Source of the DNA: Cyanobacteria bacterium P01_D01_bin.156
Lineage (GTDB): Bacteria > Cyanobacteriota > Cyanobacteriia > Phormidesmidales > Phormidesmidaceae
Assembly: GCA_039024555.1 (NCBI GenBank)
Contig: JBCCQQ010000002.1
Coordinates: 181,354 to 245,353 of the forward strand
Direction of reading: 5' to 3'
Length of the DNA stretch: 64,000 nucleotides
Positions 53,375-62,272 of this stretch are shown here, piece after piece. Each line of letters starts with the position of its first letter. The first letter of the stretch is position 1. The position numbers and the translations under genes are program-made. The notes beneath the pieces were generated by a model. The model searched no databases, was not told the DNA's origin, and was given only the letters and a program-made list of their open reading frames with translations.

Positions 53375-54670
53375 TTAAATTCCTAATCGTTGGTAAACCT
53401 GATCTAGGTTTCTCAACTGATACTCCGGGTTAAACGCCTCTTTAATTTCGTCAGGCGATAAGTTTTGTTTTACCTGAGGATCTTGAGAAATTAGCGTTTG
53501 GAAATCTCCCCCTTCGACATTCCAGGCCTCGTGGGCACAGCGTTGCACAATGCGATATGCGTCTTCACGGGAAATGCCCTTTTCCACCAGGGACAGCAAC
53601 ACTCGCTGACTAAACACCACGCTGCCGTACATGTTCATATTGCGCTTCATGTTTTCGGGGTAAATCTGTAGGTTTTGTACCAGCTTGGTGGTCTCTACCA
53701 ACATGAAGTGCATCAAAATACAGCTATCTGGGAAAATCACGCGCTCCACAGAACTATGGGAAATATCCCGTTCATGCCACAGGGCAACGTTTTCTAGGGC
53801 GGCTAGGGCATTGGTGCGAATCAGGCGCGCTAACCCTGTCAACCGCTCAGACTTAATAGGGTTACGCTTATGGGGCATCGCCGAAGAGCCTTTTTGACCC
53901 TTGGCAAAAAACTCTTCAACCTCCAAAACGTCCGTACGCTGAAGGTTGCGAATTTCCACTGCAAATCGCTCAATCGAGGCAGCCAACCCCGCCAATGTGG
54001 TCATAAATTCAGCATGTACATCCCTAGAAATTACCTGGGTAGAGGCTGTATCTGGTTTTAGACCTAGCTTCTGGCAAGTGAGTGCTTCAATTTCTGGGTC
54101 AATGTTGGCGTAGGTACCCACGGCACCAGAGATTTGCCCCACAGCAATCTCATCTTGAATGCGACACAGCCGTTCACGGTGGCGCAGCACTTCTGCCAAC
54201 CAGCCGGCCAGCTTAAAGCCAAAGGTCATGGGCTCAGCGTGAATGCCATGGGAGCGGCCAATCATCACCGTATTGCGGTGGTCCTGGGCTTTGTTGCGAA
54301 TGACCTGAATCAGTTTCTCCACATGGGACAGAATCACCTTGTGACTGGCCACAATTTGCAATGAAAGGGCTGTATCCAAAACATCAGAGCTGGTCATACC
54401 CAGGTGAATGTAGCGACCGGCGTCGCCAACGTATTCGTTAACGTTGGTCAAGAAGGCAATCACATCGTGGCGAACCTCAGCTTCAATTTCTAAGATGCGC
54501 GCTACGTCAAACTTGGCCTTGGTTTTGATTTCGTCCACCGCTGCTTGGGGAATGCGTCCCAGCTCTGCCTGAGCTTCGCAGACAGCGATTTCAACCTGAA
54601 GCCAGGTCTGGAATTTATATTCGTCGGTCCAAAGTTCGCCCATCTCGGGCAGGGTGTAACGTTCAATCAA
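53375..54670 (-). CDS. purB: Adenylosuccinate lyase
   Basis: RHDVIAF, HLGMTSSD, GRSHGIHAEP, GSSAMPHKRNP; likely TTG start 54670 (IERYTLPEMG). Confidence 0.97.
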   Translation of the reverse strand: MIERYTLPEMGELWTDEYKFQTWLQVEIAVCEAQAELGRIPQAAVDEIKTKAKFDVARILEIEAEVRHDVIAFLTNVNEYVGDAGRYIHLGMTSSDVLDTALSLQIVASHKVILSHVEKLIQVIRNKAQDHRNTVMIGRSHGIHAEPMTFGFKLAGWLAEVLRHRERLCRIQDEIAVGQISGAVGTYANIDPEIEALTCQKLGLKPDTASTQVISRDVHAEFMTTLAGLAASIERFAVEIRNLQRTDVLEVEEFFAKGQKGSSAMPHKRNPIKSERLTGLARLIRTNALAALENVALWHERDISHSSVERVIFPDSCILMHFMLVETTKLVQNLQIYPENMKRNMNMYGSVVFSQRVLLSLVEKGISREDAYRIVQRCAHEAWNVEGGDFQTLISQDPQVKQNLSPDEIKEAFNPEYQLRNLDQVYQRLGI

Positions 54671-54846
54671 AACGAGTGTCGCAGGATACAGCCGATCTAT
54701 TGTAAGCGGGCAGTCCCTCCTTACTAAATCGAAATTCACAATAGTGAGGATTTGCTTACATGGGGTGAACTAAATGCAGCGGCAATCTCATCAGGAATTA
54801 GCGATCGCAACCGTGTATCTTCAATTTCACCTAGCCATCCAGATTT

Positions 54847-55515
54847 ATGCCATCCCACATCACCACCTGGTTGCTCCAAGGGTTAGACACCGCCCATGGC
54901 AATTTATCTTTCATGGTATGGAATAGCTTTTTAGCATTGATACCACTTGTCTTGAGTTTTTGGCTATTTCGAGGACGTGGCAGCCATGCTCGCCCCCTGC
55001 CCTGGTGGATTGGATTGAGCATATTTATCGCCTTTCTCCCCAATGCCCCCTATGTATTGACCGATATCATTCACCTAGTAAACGATATTCGCAACGGTTC
55101 ATCTGTCTGGGCGGTGGCCCTAATTTTAGTCCCCCAATATGTTCTCTTTATTGGGTTTGGTGCCGTTGCCTACACCATTTCATTAGTCAATCTAGGACGT
55201 TACCTGGGTCGTGAAGGAAAATCTCGCTGGATTATCCCTACAGAATTAACAATCCATGCACTAACAGCGCTTGGTATCTACCTGGGCAGATTTTTACGCT
55301 TTAATAGCTGGGATTTGGTCACCAGACCCAATGCCGTCATGGGAGATGCCCTATCATTACTGATGGCAAAATGGCCCCTGGCGATTATGGTCGGAACATT
55401 TGTCATTCTGGCGGTGCTGCACTGGTGCCTCAAGCAACTCACCCTCGCCAGTATTCTCTACTGCCGCACTCGCCATTTACGAATCACTCAAAAATATTTG
55501 GGCTACAGCGAATAA
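54847..55515 (+). CDS. DUF1361 family membrane protein
   Basis: WNSFLALIP, FLPNAPYVLTDIIH, GIYLGRFLRFNSWD. Confidence 0.88.
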   Translation: MPSHITTWLLQGLDTAHGNLSFMVWNSFLALIPLVLSFWLFRGRGSHARPLPWWIGLSIFIAFLPNAPYVLTDIIHLVNDIRNGSSVWAVALILVPQYVLFIGFGAVAYTISLVNLGRYLGREGKSRWIIPTELTIHALTALGIYLGRFLRFNSWDLVTRPNAVMGDALSLLMAKWPLAIMVGTFVILAVLHWCLKQLTLASILYCRTRHLRITQKYLGYSE

Positions 55516-55559
55516 TTCATAAGTCTTTCGTTACTAAACTGAGCAGTGACAGACACCCA

Positions 55560-55607
55560 AAAAATGAGTTCCCCAAACAACGATTGTTGTTTGGGGAACT
55601 CATTTTT
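55560..55607. terminator. Bidirectional terminator (near-perfect 48-bp inverted repeat)
   Basis: AAAAATGAGTTCCCCAAACAAC-GATT-GTTGTTTGGGGAACTCATTTTT between convergent genes. Confidence 0.8.
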
Positions 55608-55629
55608 AAGTTCAACTGGTGGTCTGGAA

Positions 55630-55827
55630 TCAATCAATTTCAACTGATTCAAAAGCAGTAATCACAGACCAAGATAGACGGGTAACCAATGCAGCAAGGG
55701 CAATAATACTAACCAACGTTAATATCGCGTAGGGCATATGTAGCCCGAACAGAACTAAACTCATAATCAGTAGGGCAAGCAGCGTCAGATCCAAAGCCTT
55801 GTCCTCAATTGTTGCTATCAATTCCAT
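55630..55827 (-). CDS. Small hypothetical membrane protein
   Basis: 65-aa ORF with two hydrophobic helices. Confidence 0.55.
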   Translation of the reverse strand: MELIATIEDKALDLTLLALLIMSLVLFGLHMPYAILTLVSIIALAALVTRLSWSVITAFESVEID

Positions 55828-55943
55828 AGTAGATATTTTGTCGAAGGAGTATTAAACCGCAAAGAAAACTTATTAATGGTTTATGTTTAATCAAAATATA
55901 TTTCGTAGAAATACTCACTTCTAAAGATAAAAAGATCCATAAG

Positions 55944-57395
55944 CTATTGCTGAAACACTTTTGCAATAAGGGCTACCCCCCTCTCAATATGCTCTTCAGA
56001 AACATTGGTATAACCAAACACATATTCTCCTCTATTACAGGGCACTTCATATTGAAACTGAGCGCTACATATTTCTACACCTACGCTGGCGGCCCTAGTG
56101 ACCGCTTCCGCATCGCTGAGTGCCAAGGGCAGCTTCGCCATAATGTGTAGCCCGGCACTATCTCCAAAGATATCTACCGATGCTCCAAAATGCTTGTAGA
56201 GTGCCTGCACCAAGACCTGACGTCGTTTCTCATAACACAATCGCATTTTGCGCAGATGCCGTTCTAAATGCCCTGCGGAAATAAATTCTGCTAACGCATA
56301 TTGGGTTAGTATTGGGGGCTGACGATCGGCTAGCCACTTAGCTTTACCAAACACCTCCACCAAAGACTGGGGTAACACTAAGTACCCCAAACGGATGCTA
56401 GGAAACATCACTTTAGAGAACGTACCCACATACAGTACGGAAGCATGGGAATCCAGACCCTGTAACGATGGTACGGGGCGACCACCATAGCGATATTCAC
56501 TGTCGTAGTCATCTTCAATAATCAAAGCATTGTTCTGCCAAGCCCATTGCAACAACATTAAACGCCGGGGCAAGGACAGCAGTGCCCCTGTAGGAAACTG
56601 ATGGGATGGCGTGACATAAACTAGGCGGGGGATGACGTCGTGATGGATAAGCTTATCCATCAACAGCCCATCGCGATCCACGGGAATCGACAGCAGCTTA
56701 GCGCCACTCATCTTAAAAATCTGAGCAGCCCCACGATAACCAGGTTCCTCCATGGCAATACTGTCATCGGGGTTCACCAATAGACGAGTAATTAAACTCA
56801 ACGCCTGTTGACTACCATTGGTAATCATCACCTGTTCCGGAGTACATTGCACCGCACGGGCTCGGCATAGGTACTGTGCCACCGCCTGCCGCAGTGGTGG
56901 ATAGCCGTAAGCATCCTTGGCATACCCTAACCACCCAGAAACAGAACGACAGTGCTTTGACAACAGTTTTCCCCATAGCTCTGTTGGGAACAAATCTAAA
57001 GCCGGTTGACCATACCGAAAGCTAATATCAAAAGTCTGTTGCACAGGTCGTGGGGAAGCGTCATGCACCCGCTGACCATAGGCTGAGAGGGTAATCTCCC
57101 TAGACACCAGGCTAGTCTGCTCCACCGTTTGTATTTCTAGCAAACGTTCCGGTAGTTCACACACATAGGTACCAGCTCCGGGTCGAGTCTGTAGATACCC
57201 TTCATCAATCAGCTGATCGTAGCCTTGGGTAACCGTCGTACGAGATAGCCCTAGAGATTTTGCCAACGCCCTAGATGCCGGAATACGCTGCCCAGGCTGT
57301 AAACGTCCTGAAAGAATCGCCTGCCGCAGTTGACTATAAACCTGTTGATGCAGCGGCTGTGGCAAAGCAGTATCAATAACCAAGGCCAATTCCAT
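55944..57395 (-). CDS. MocR/GabR-family regulator (GntR HTH + PLP aminotransferase domain)
   Basis: PASRALAKSLGLSRTTV HTH; YVTPSHQFPTG, IEDDYDSEYRY, GTFSK. Confidence 0.95.
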   Translation of the reverse strand: MELALVIDTALPQPLHQQVYSQLRQAILSGRLQPGQRIPASRALAKSLGLSRTTVTQGYDQLIDEGYLQTRPGAGTYVCELPERLLEIQTVEQTSLVSREITLSAYGQRVHDASPRPVQQTFDISFRYGQPALDLFPTELWGKLLSKHCRSVSGWLGYAKDAYGYPPLRQAVAQYLCRARAVQCTPEQVMITNGSQQALSLITRLLVNPDDSIAMEEPGYRGAAQIFKMSGAKLLSIPVDRDGLLMDKLIHHDVIPRLVYVTPSHQFPTGALLSLPRRLMLLQWAWQNNALIIEDDYDSEYRYGGRPVPSLQGLDSHASVLYVGTFSKVMFPSIRLGYLVLPQSLVEVFGKAKWLADRQPPILTQYALAEFISAGHLERHLRKMRLCYEKRRQVLVQALYKHFGASVDIFGDSAGLHIMAKLPLALSDAEAVTRAASVGVEICSAQFQYEVPCNRGEYVFGYTNVSEEHIERGVALIAKVFQQ

Positions 57396-57407
57396 AGGAA
57401 TACACCA

Positions 57408-57457
57408 AAATTGGACTGATAGATTGATTATAAATTGGCTCTAGCCAAGGGCCAATT
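57408..57457. promoter_or_regulatory. Putative MocR-family operator (direct plus inverted repeats)
   Basis: AAATTGG (57408), AAATTGG (57432) and inverted CCAATT (57452) in the divergent promoter. Confidence 0.6.
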
Positions 57458-57573
57458 ATGGTCGGTAAAGTAGCGTTGTTGATTGAACTAGTTGTCTTTC
57501 AAACACACTTCTCACAGAACAAGAGTAGAAGATTTCTAAACAACAAATCTCTTCTCATCAAAGCAAGATCATC

Positions 57574-58230
57574 ATGAAAACAGCGCGTACCCAAGTCAAG
57601 CGTGTTCCTAAGCGGGGACATTATGATTTAGAAACAGTTTGTTCCATTTTAGATTCCGGACTAATCTGTCATGTAGGCTTTGTCGCTGAAGGGCAACCCT
57701 TTGTGATTCCCACAGCCTATGGCCGCATCGAGAATCGGTTATTTATCCATGGGTCTCCAGCCAGTCGGATGTTGAAGTCATTACAACAAGGCATCGACGT
57801 GTGTGTCACCGTTACCTTGTTGGATGGACTGGTGCTAGCACGGTCAGCCATGCATCACTCCATGAACTATCGCTCAGTCGTGTTATTTGGCAAAGCCGAA
57901 CTCGTCAATGAACGAGCGGAGAAACTACAGGCACTGTATGCGTTTACAGAGCATGTAATGGCAGGACGCTGGGCCGGAACGCGGGAGCCCAATGAACAGG
58001 AACTTCAAGCAACGACAGTACTTGCATTGCCCATTGCTGAGGCATCAGCCAAGGTTCGCACCGGGCCACCCGTGGATGATGCGGCAGACTACGATTTGCC
58101 CCACTGGGCTGGGGTAATCCCGTTGAGGGTGCAGGCGGGAGAACCGATTGTAGATCCTAAGCTGACGGAGGGAATTGGGATACCGGAGCATATTAAGCGG
58201 TATTTTGAAAATGTTGTTGATACCCAATGA
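57574..58230 (+). CDS. Pyridoxamine 5'-phosphate oxidase-like flavin-binding protein
   Basis: CHVGF, PFVIPT, HGSPASRM, DGLVLARSAMHHSMNYRSV, WAGVIP. Confidence 0.9.
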   Translation: MKTARTQVKRVPKRGHYDLETVCSILDSGLICHVGFVAEGQPFVIPTAYGRIENRLFIHGSPASRMLKSLQQGIDVCVTVTLLDGLVLARSAMHHSMNYRSVVLFGKAELVNERAEKLQALYAFTEHVMAGRWAGTREPNEQELQATTVLALPIAEASAKVRTGPPVDDAADYDLPHWAGVIPLRVQAGEPIVDPKLTEGIGIPEHIKRYFENVVDTQ

Positions 58231-58310
58231 ATCATTCTGTAGGAGGCAATTGGAAATTGCTAGCCCTTGTGGCTGCCCTGGGATATGGTGGGCAAATGGC
58301 CTGAATTTTA

Positions 58311-58434
58311 GCGTAGGGTTATCGCAGGCCAGGCATAAAACCTGCCCCTACACGACGTTATTTTGCTGGAGATTGAACAATTCTGATCGTTGGCGTAGGG
58401 TTATCGCAGGGCAGGCATGAAACCTGCCCCTACA
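58311..58434. repeat. Two 42-bp REP-like direct repeats separated by 40 bp
   Basis: GCGTAGGGTTATCGCAGG(C/G)CAGGCAT(A/G)AAACCTGCCCCTACA at 58311-58352 and 58393-58434. Confidence 0.85.
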
Positions 58435-59599
58435 GGGTTAATGGGGGAACGTTTAGGCCTTTTAGAGAGACTTTATCGGGTAGATTTTTACCTTGGATTA
58501 AAACACCAAAGGTACCTAAACCCATGGGACTCATATCCATCAGCTGATGTAAGGTCTGGCGGCGTTGGATCAGCTGATTAAAACTATCGGGGCCGGGGGA
58601 GATGGATTGGGTAAGGGTGGAGATGCGATCGCCCAGGCCAAGGGCCATTAGCAACAACCCCTGTTGGGTAAACCCTACGTTGATAAGACCCAGATTTTTT
58701 CCATGGTTTTCTAACGCCGTAAAGTCAACATAGGCCGTCAGATCTTGCTGACCCACATTAACGTACGGATCGTTGTGGTGGCGGTGCTGGTAGTAGCACT
58801 TTAGGGTTCCCTGGTGACGGGCTGGACTGTAGTAGCGTTGGGCAGTGTGGCCATAGTCGATGGTCAGAATAAAACCACGGTCCATACAATTCGCCACTGT
58901 ACTCAGCCAATCCAAAGAAGCAAGATTTACCTCAGTACGGTAGCCATCGGCATAGGTATCCGACAGAAGGTCAATGTCCACATGGTCAAAGTATTGAGTA
59001 AGCTTATCGGTGGATAAAGGGCCTAAAGATTCTTTCAGGGTGTTGTCGTCAGCTGTAACGTAAACTTCCTGAAGCTGGTTGTTATGCTTTTCAACAATAT
59101 GTACTGAAAACGCATCCAGCAATTCATTAGAAAAGAAACACCCGGTAATAGGAGAAAGTTCTTCTAGAGTGCTCCAGGTTACGTTTGAATGAATCAGGTG
59201 TTCCTGTTGCAAAGAACGCAACACGGGCGACTTTTCAATAATGATGTATTCCAGCGCGGCATAGCAGTCAGCATGGTGCTGCTGCAGATAGGCCAGCACA
59301 TCGGCAGCGATGAGCCCCTGGCCTGCGCCCATTTCTACCAAATGGAACGGTTGGGGCTGCCCCAAGATAGTCCACATTTCAGCAAACTGCACTGCTAGCA
59401 GTTCGCCAAAGTCGTAACCCACATGGGGAGAGGTAATAAAATCGCCGTTGGGACCCAGAATAGAAGCCTTAGTCGTGTAATAACCGTGCTCAGGATGGTA
59501 GAGCGCAAGGTCCATGTAGGACACAAAGGGAATGCGCTGATCGGGGGCTGCTTGAATATGGTCAGTGATAACTTTGACAAGGGGAGACGATTGGGACAT
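58430..59599 (-). CDS. SAM-dependent methyltransferase, MidA/NDUFAF7 family
   Basis: YMDLALY, DFITSP, EMGAGQG, SNELLDA, IDYG, QDLTAYVDF. Confidence 0.92.
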   Translation of the reverse strand: MSQSSPLVKVITDHIQAAPDQRIPFVSYMDLALYHPEHGYYTTKASILGPNGDFITSPHVGYDFGELLAVQFAEMWTILGQPQPFHLVEMGAGQGLIAADVLAYLQQHHADCYAALEYIIIEKSPVLRSLQQEHLIHSNVTWSTLEELSPITGCFFSNELLDAFSVHIVEKHNNQLQEVYVTADDNTLKESLGPLSTDKLTQYFDHVDIDLLSDTYADGYRTEVNLASLDWLSTVANCMDRGFILTIDYGHTAQRYYSPARHQGTLKCYYQHRHHNDPYVNVGQQDLTAYVDFTALENHGKNLGLINVGFTQQGLLLMALGLGDRISTLTQSISPGPDSFNQLIQRRQTLHQLMDMSPMGLGTFGVLIQGKNLPDKVSLKGLNVPPLTL

Positions 59600-59707
59600 G
59601 AGGAGTCAGCATTAACCAGCGCCGTGAGCTTTCCTATTTTAGAGAGTCATGGAAAAGTTTGTGAATGATGGATGCCTCAGCTGTGAGGTTGGAAAGTGCT
59701 GACAGGT

Positions 59708-59754
59708 AAAAGAAAAGTGTCACCTTTGTTGTCATGTTGACCAAAGGTGACACT
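59708..59754 (-). terminator. Intrinsic terminator after the repeat-protein gene
   Basis: AGTGTCACCTTTG...CAAAGGTGACACT with an A-run on the left (U-tail on the minus strand). Confidence 0.75.
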
Positions 59755-59786
59755 GGCGGTGGGATGATTACCTAGAGAGATTAGAC

Positions 59787-60989
59787 TCAATCTTCCCAGG
59801 AGATTAGCTTTAGACGATTCCCGCCGGTTTTCAAAGATGTCACAACAGGAGCGTTGGCACTGGAAGAACTGGCATCCAGGTTAATCAGGGATGCATTGCC
59901 TGCCTGGTTACCGCTGTCGCCCAAGCGTTCGATAGCACCAGAGGGGCTAACGTGCCATCTAATGAGTTTGAGCTTGCCTGACTCAGTTTTAACGGCGGAA
60001 AGAACACCACGGGGACGCTGCATCAGAGAGTTGTCGCCAATGCCACCAGCTTGATTACCACTATCGGCAACCCGAGCTAGGTTCAGCTGTCCGCCCTGGA
60101 GTTTCGGTTCCCAGCTAATCAGCTTAAGTTTGCCTTGGGCGGTACGTACCGAGGTAACAATATAGCCACTGCTGTTAGCTGAACGAATCATACGAGCATT
60201 ACCAGCCTGGTTACCGCTGTCACCTCGGCGGGTGATAGTACCATCAGGATTCACTTGCCAAACAATGAGCTTCAGTTTGCCTTGAGCGGTACGCACTGAG
60301 GTAACCACATGGCGCTGTCCCTGATGGGAAAGACCACTTAAGTCAATTTCACTAACGGCTCCGGCAGAATTACCACTGTCATCTAAGCGAGTAAGAGAAC
60401 CATTGTTGTTTAAGCGCCAGCTGATGAGCTTGAGGTTACCGTTAGTGGTGCGTACAGCCGTAACATAGACACCACGGTGGATTTGCATAATTTTAATGAT
60501 GCTGGCATTGCCTGCCTGGTCACCGCTGTCGCCGCGACGAACGATATCGCCGCTATTGTTAATTTCCCAGCTGATCAGCTTGAGTTTGCCTTGGGCAGTG
60601 CGGCTAGCAGAGACTAGGCCAGCCGCCAAATCAATGCGAGATGTGGCACCAGCTTGGTTGCCACTATCACCAGTGCGGGTAACAGAACCATCGTTGTTGA
60701 CACGCCAGCTAATCAGCTTAAGACGGTGCTCTGCTGTACGCACAGCAGTGACAACGCGACGTTTGCCGTAATCGTAGGCAGTGGCAATTTCGGAGACATT
60801 ACCCGCTTGGTTGCTGCTGTCGCCCTTGCGCACAATGTTTTGGCTAGATTGGGCTAGGACAGGAGCAGGGTTAGACAAAACTGTGGGTTCATTGAGAATT
60901 GGCGTGGTAGAAGCCTGAGTTAGGGGAGCTAGGCTACCGCTGACAAGGGCCGTTGTGGCTAGCAATAAAGTGAAGGATTTAATGTTCAT
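59787..60989 (-). CDS. Secreted protein with seven ~50-aa repeats (predicted beta-propeller)
   Basis: Signal peptide; seven copies of R.GDSGNQAG...VT.VRT..G.LKLISW. Confidence 0.85.
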   Translation of the reverse strand: MNIKSFTLLLATTALVSGSLAPLTQASTTPILNEPTVLSNPAPVLAQSSQNIVRKGDSSNQAGNVSEIATAYDYGKRRVVTAVRTAEHRLKLISWRVNNDGSVTRTGDSGNQAGATSRIDLAAGLVSASRTAQGKLKLISWEINNSGDIVRRGDSGDQAGNASIIKIMQIHRGVYVTAVRTTNGNLKLISWRLNNNGSLTRLDDSGNSAGAVSEIDLSGLSHQGQRHVVTSVRTAQGKLKLIVWQVNPDGTITRRGDSGNQAGNARMIRSANSSGYIVTSVRTAQGKLKLISWEPKLQGGQLNLARVADSGNQAGGIGDNSLMQRPRGVLSAVKTESGKLKLIRWHVSPSGAIERLGDSGNQAGNASLINLDASSSSANAPVVTSLKTGGNRLKLISWED

Positions 60990-61221
60990 GGTGGTTTCCC
61001 GAAAGCGGAGTAATGTATTTGGTCATTACTCAGGGACAACCTTCGAAAATTATGCAAAGCAGATATTTTTTTGAGCTGTACTGATGTACGACCAGTATGA
61101 AGAACGTATCGACCATAGGATACGGAAGCAGCAAACTTGCAATAGTTGGCAGAATCGTTAATCTGTAGACCTATAAGCCATACTTTACTAAAGATGGCAA
61201 TTTGGGAAAGTTGGAAGGGCA

Positions 61222-61794
61222 ATGGATATGACCGTCTCCACTGAGCAGAAAGTCTGGACTGATGAAGCTTTTATGGCTTTATCTAAGGATGGTCATAGCT
61301 ATGAGCTGGTGGATGGGGAGCTGATAGACATGGGCAATTCTGGTATGGAGCATGGGGAGTTTGGAGCTTTCCTCGCGGGAATGCTTGCGATCTATGCCCG
61401 AAAGAATGGCCTTGGTGTCGTGTGCGACTCTAGTACGGCATTTGCGTTGAAAAGCGGGAATAAGCGATCGCCCGATGTGTCTTTTGTGGCCAAGGATCGA
61501 TTAAAAGGACTAAAGCGATTACCCAAAGGGTATTTTCAGGGTGCTCCTGATCTAGCCGTTGAGATTTTGTCGCCCAATAATACAGTTGAAGAGATTCACG
61601 ACAAAATTGTCGAGTATTTTGAAAATGGAACACGGCTAATCTGGGTGATTCATCCTGATGAGAAGTTTGTGTTGGTTTACCATGCTCCAGAACCAGATGG
61701 GTTTCTGCGAACTGGGGATAGTCTGGATGGGGAAACTGTTGTGCCAGGGTTTTCGCTGGAGCTGACAGAACTATTTTCCGAGTGGAATTTTTAG
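61222..61794 (+). CDS. Uma2 family endonuclease
   Basis: YELVDGEL, RSPDVSF, PDLAVEILSP, EYFENG..LIWVIHP. Confidence 0.92.
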   Translation: MDMTVSTEQKVWTDEAFMALSKDGHSYELVDGELIDMGNSGMEHGEFGAFLAGMLAIYARKNGLGVVCDSSTAFALKSGNKRSPDVSFVAKDRLKGLKRLPKGYFQGAPDLAVEILSPNNTVEEIHDKIVEYFENGTRLIWVIHPDEKFVLVYHAPEPDGFLRTGDSLDGETVVPGFSLELTELFSEWNF

Positions 61795-61847
61795 GAGCTG
61801 AGCGTGTCAGCCCCTGAGTGACACCTTTAGCCAACTGCATCTGTCGG

Positions 61848-62069
61848 TTAATCATCGTCTTTGTCCTCAGACTGGTTGCTAAGTAGGCCGATTAAGGTTG
61901 TAGCACCCATGGTCCACATGGTGACAGCGCTATCAAAGATGCGATCTTGAGATTCGGTGAGGGTGGGATATTGACCTAAATGAACAGCAGTACCGCCTGA
62001 ACCAAGAGTAAGCGCCAGAACAGACATAAAAATAAGGTTAAAAGGAGATGGCGTTTTGAGTCGATTCAT
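61848..62069 (-). CDS. Small two-helix membrane protein
   Basis: 73 aa; hydrophobic LIFMSVLALTLGSGGTAV and AVTMWTMGATTLIGLL; GGAG upstream of the ATG. Confidence 0.7.
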   Translation of the reverse strand: MNRLKTPSPFNLIFMSVLALTLGSGGTAVHLGQYPTLTESQDRIFDSAVTMWTMGATTLIGLLSNQSEDKDDD

Positions 62070-62272
62070 GATGAACTCCGCAAATGATTTACATGACCCT
62101 ATAGTCTTGAGAACATCGCTAAAGTTCAGTCCCTGCGAGGGTTAAGAGTAGTATGACCTGAGGATGAGTTGGGGATGAGTTTGGATGCGATAGCCCGTAA
62201 ACCCAATCAATGTAGGCTAATCAGCTACTTTTTAGACTGGCTTAGAATGTGGACTAGCAATGTGAGGACGCT

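Noticed and set aside
55560..55607. Third long palindrome, as a member of the 46-bp class
   Set aside because: Has a central mismatch and A/T tails and lies between convergent genes; explained as a bidirectional terminator
55944..58230. MocR regulator divergent from a flavin-binding protein gene, as a novel system
   Set aside because: Common, well-known gene arrangement
58311..58434. Possible minimal CRISPR array (repeat-spacer-repeat)
   Set aside because: Only two units, GTAG/REP-type structure, overlap with a stop codon, and no cas genes or leader in the window
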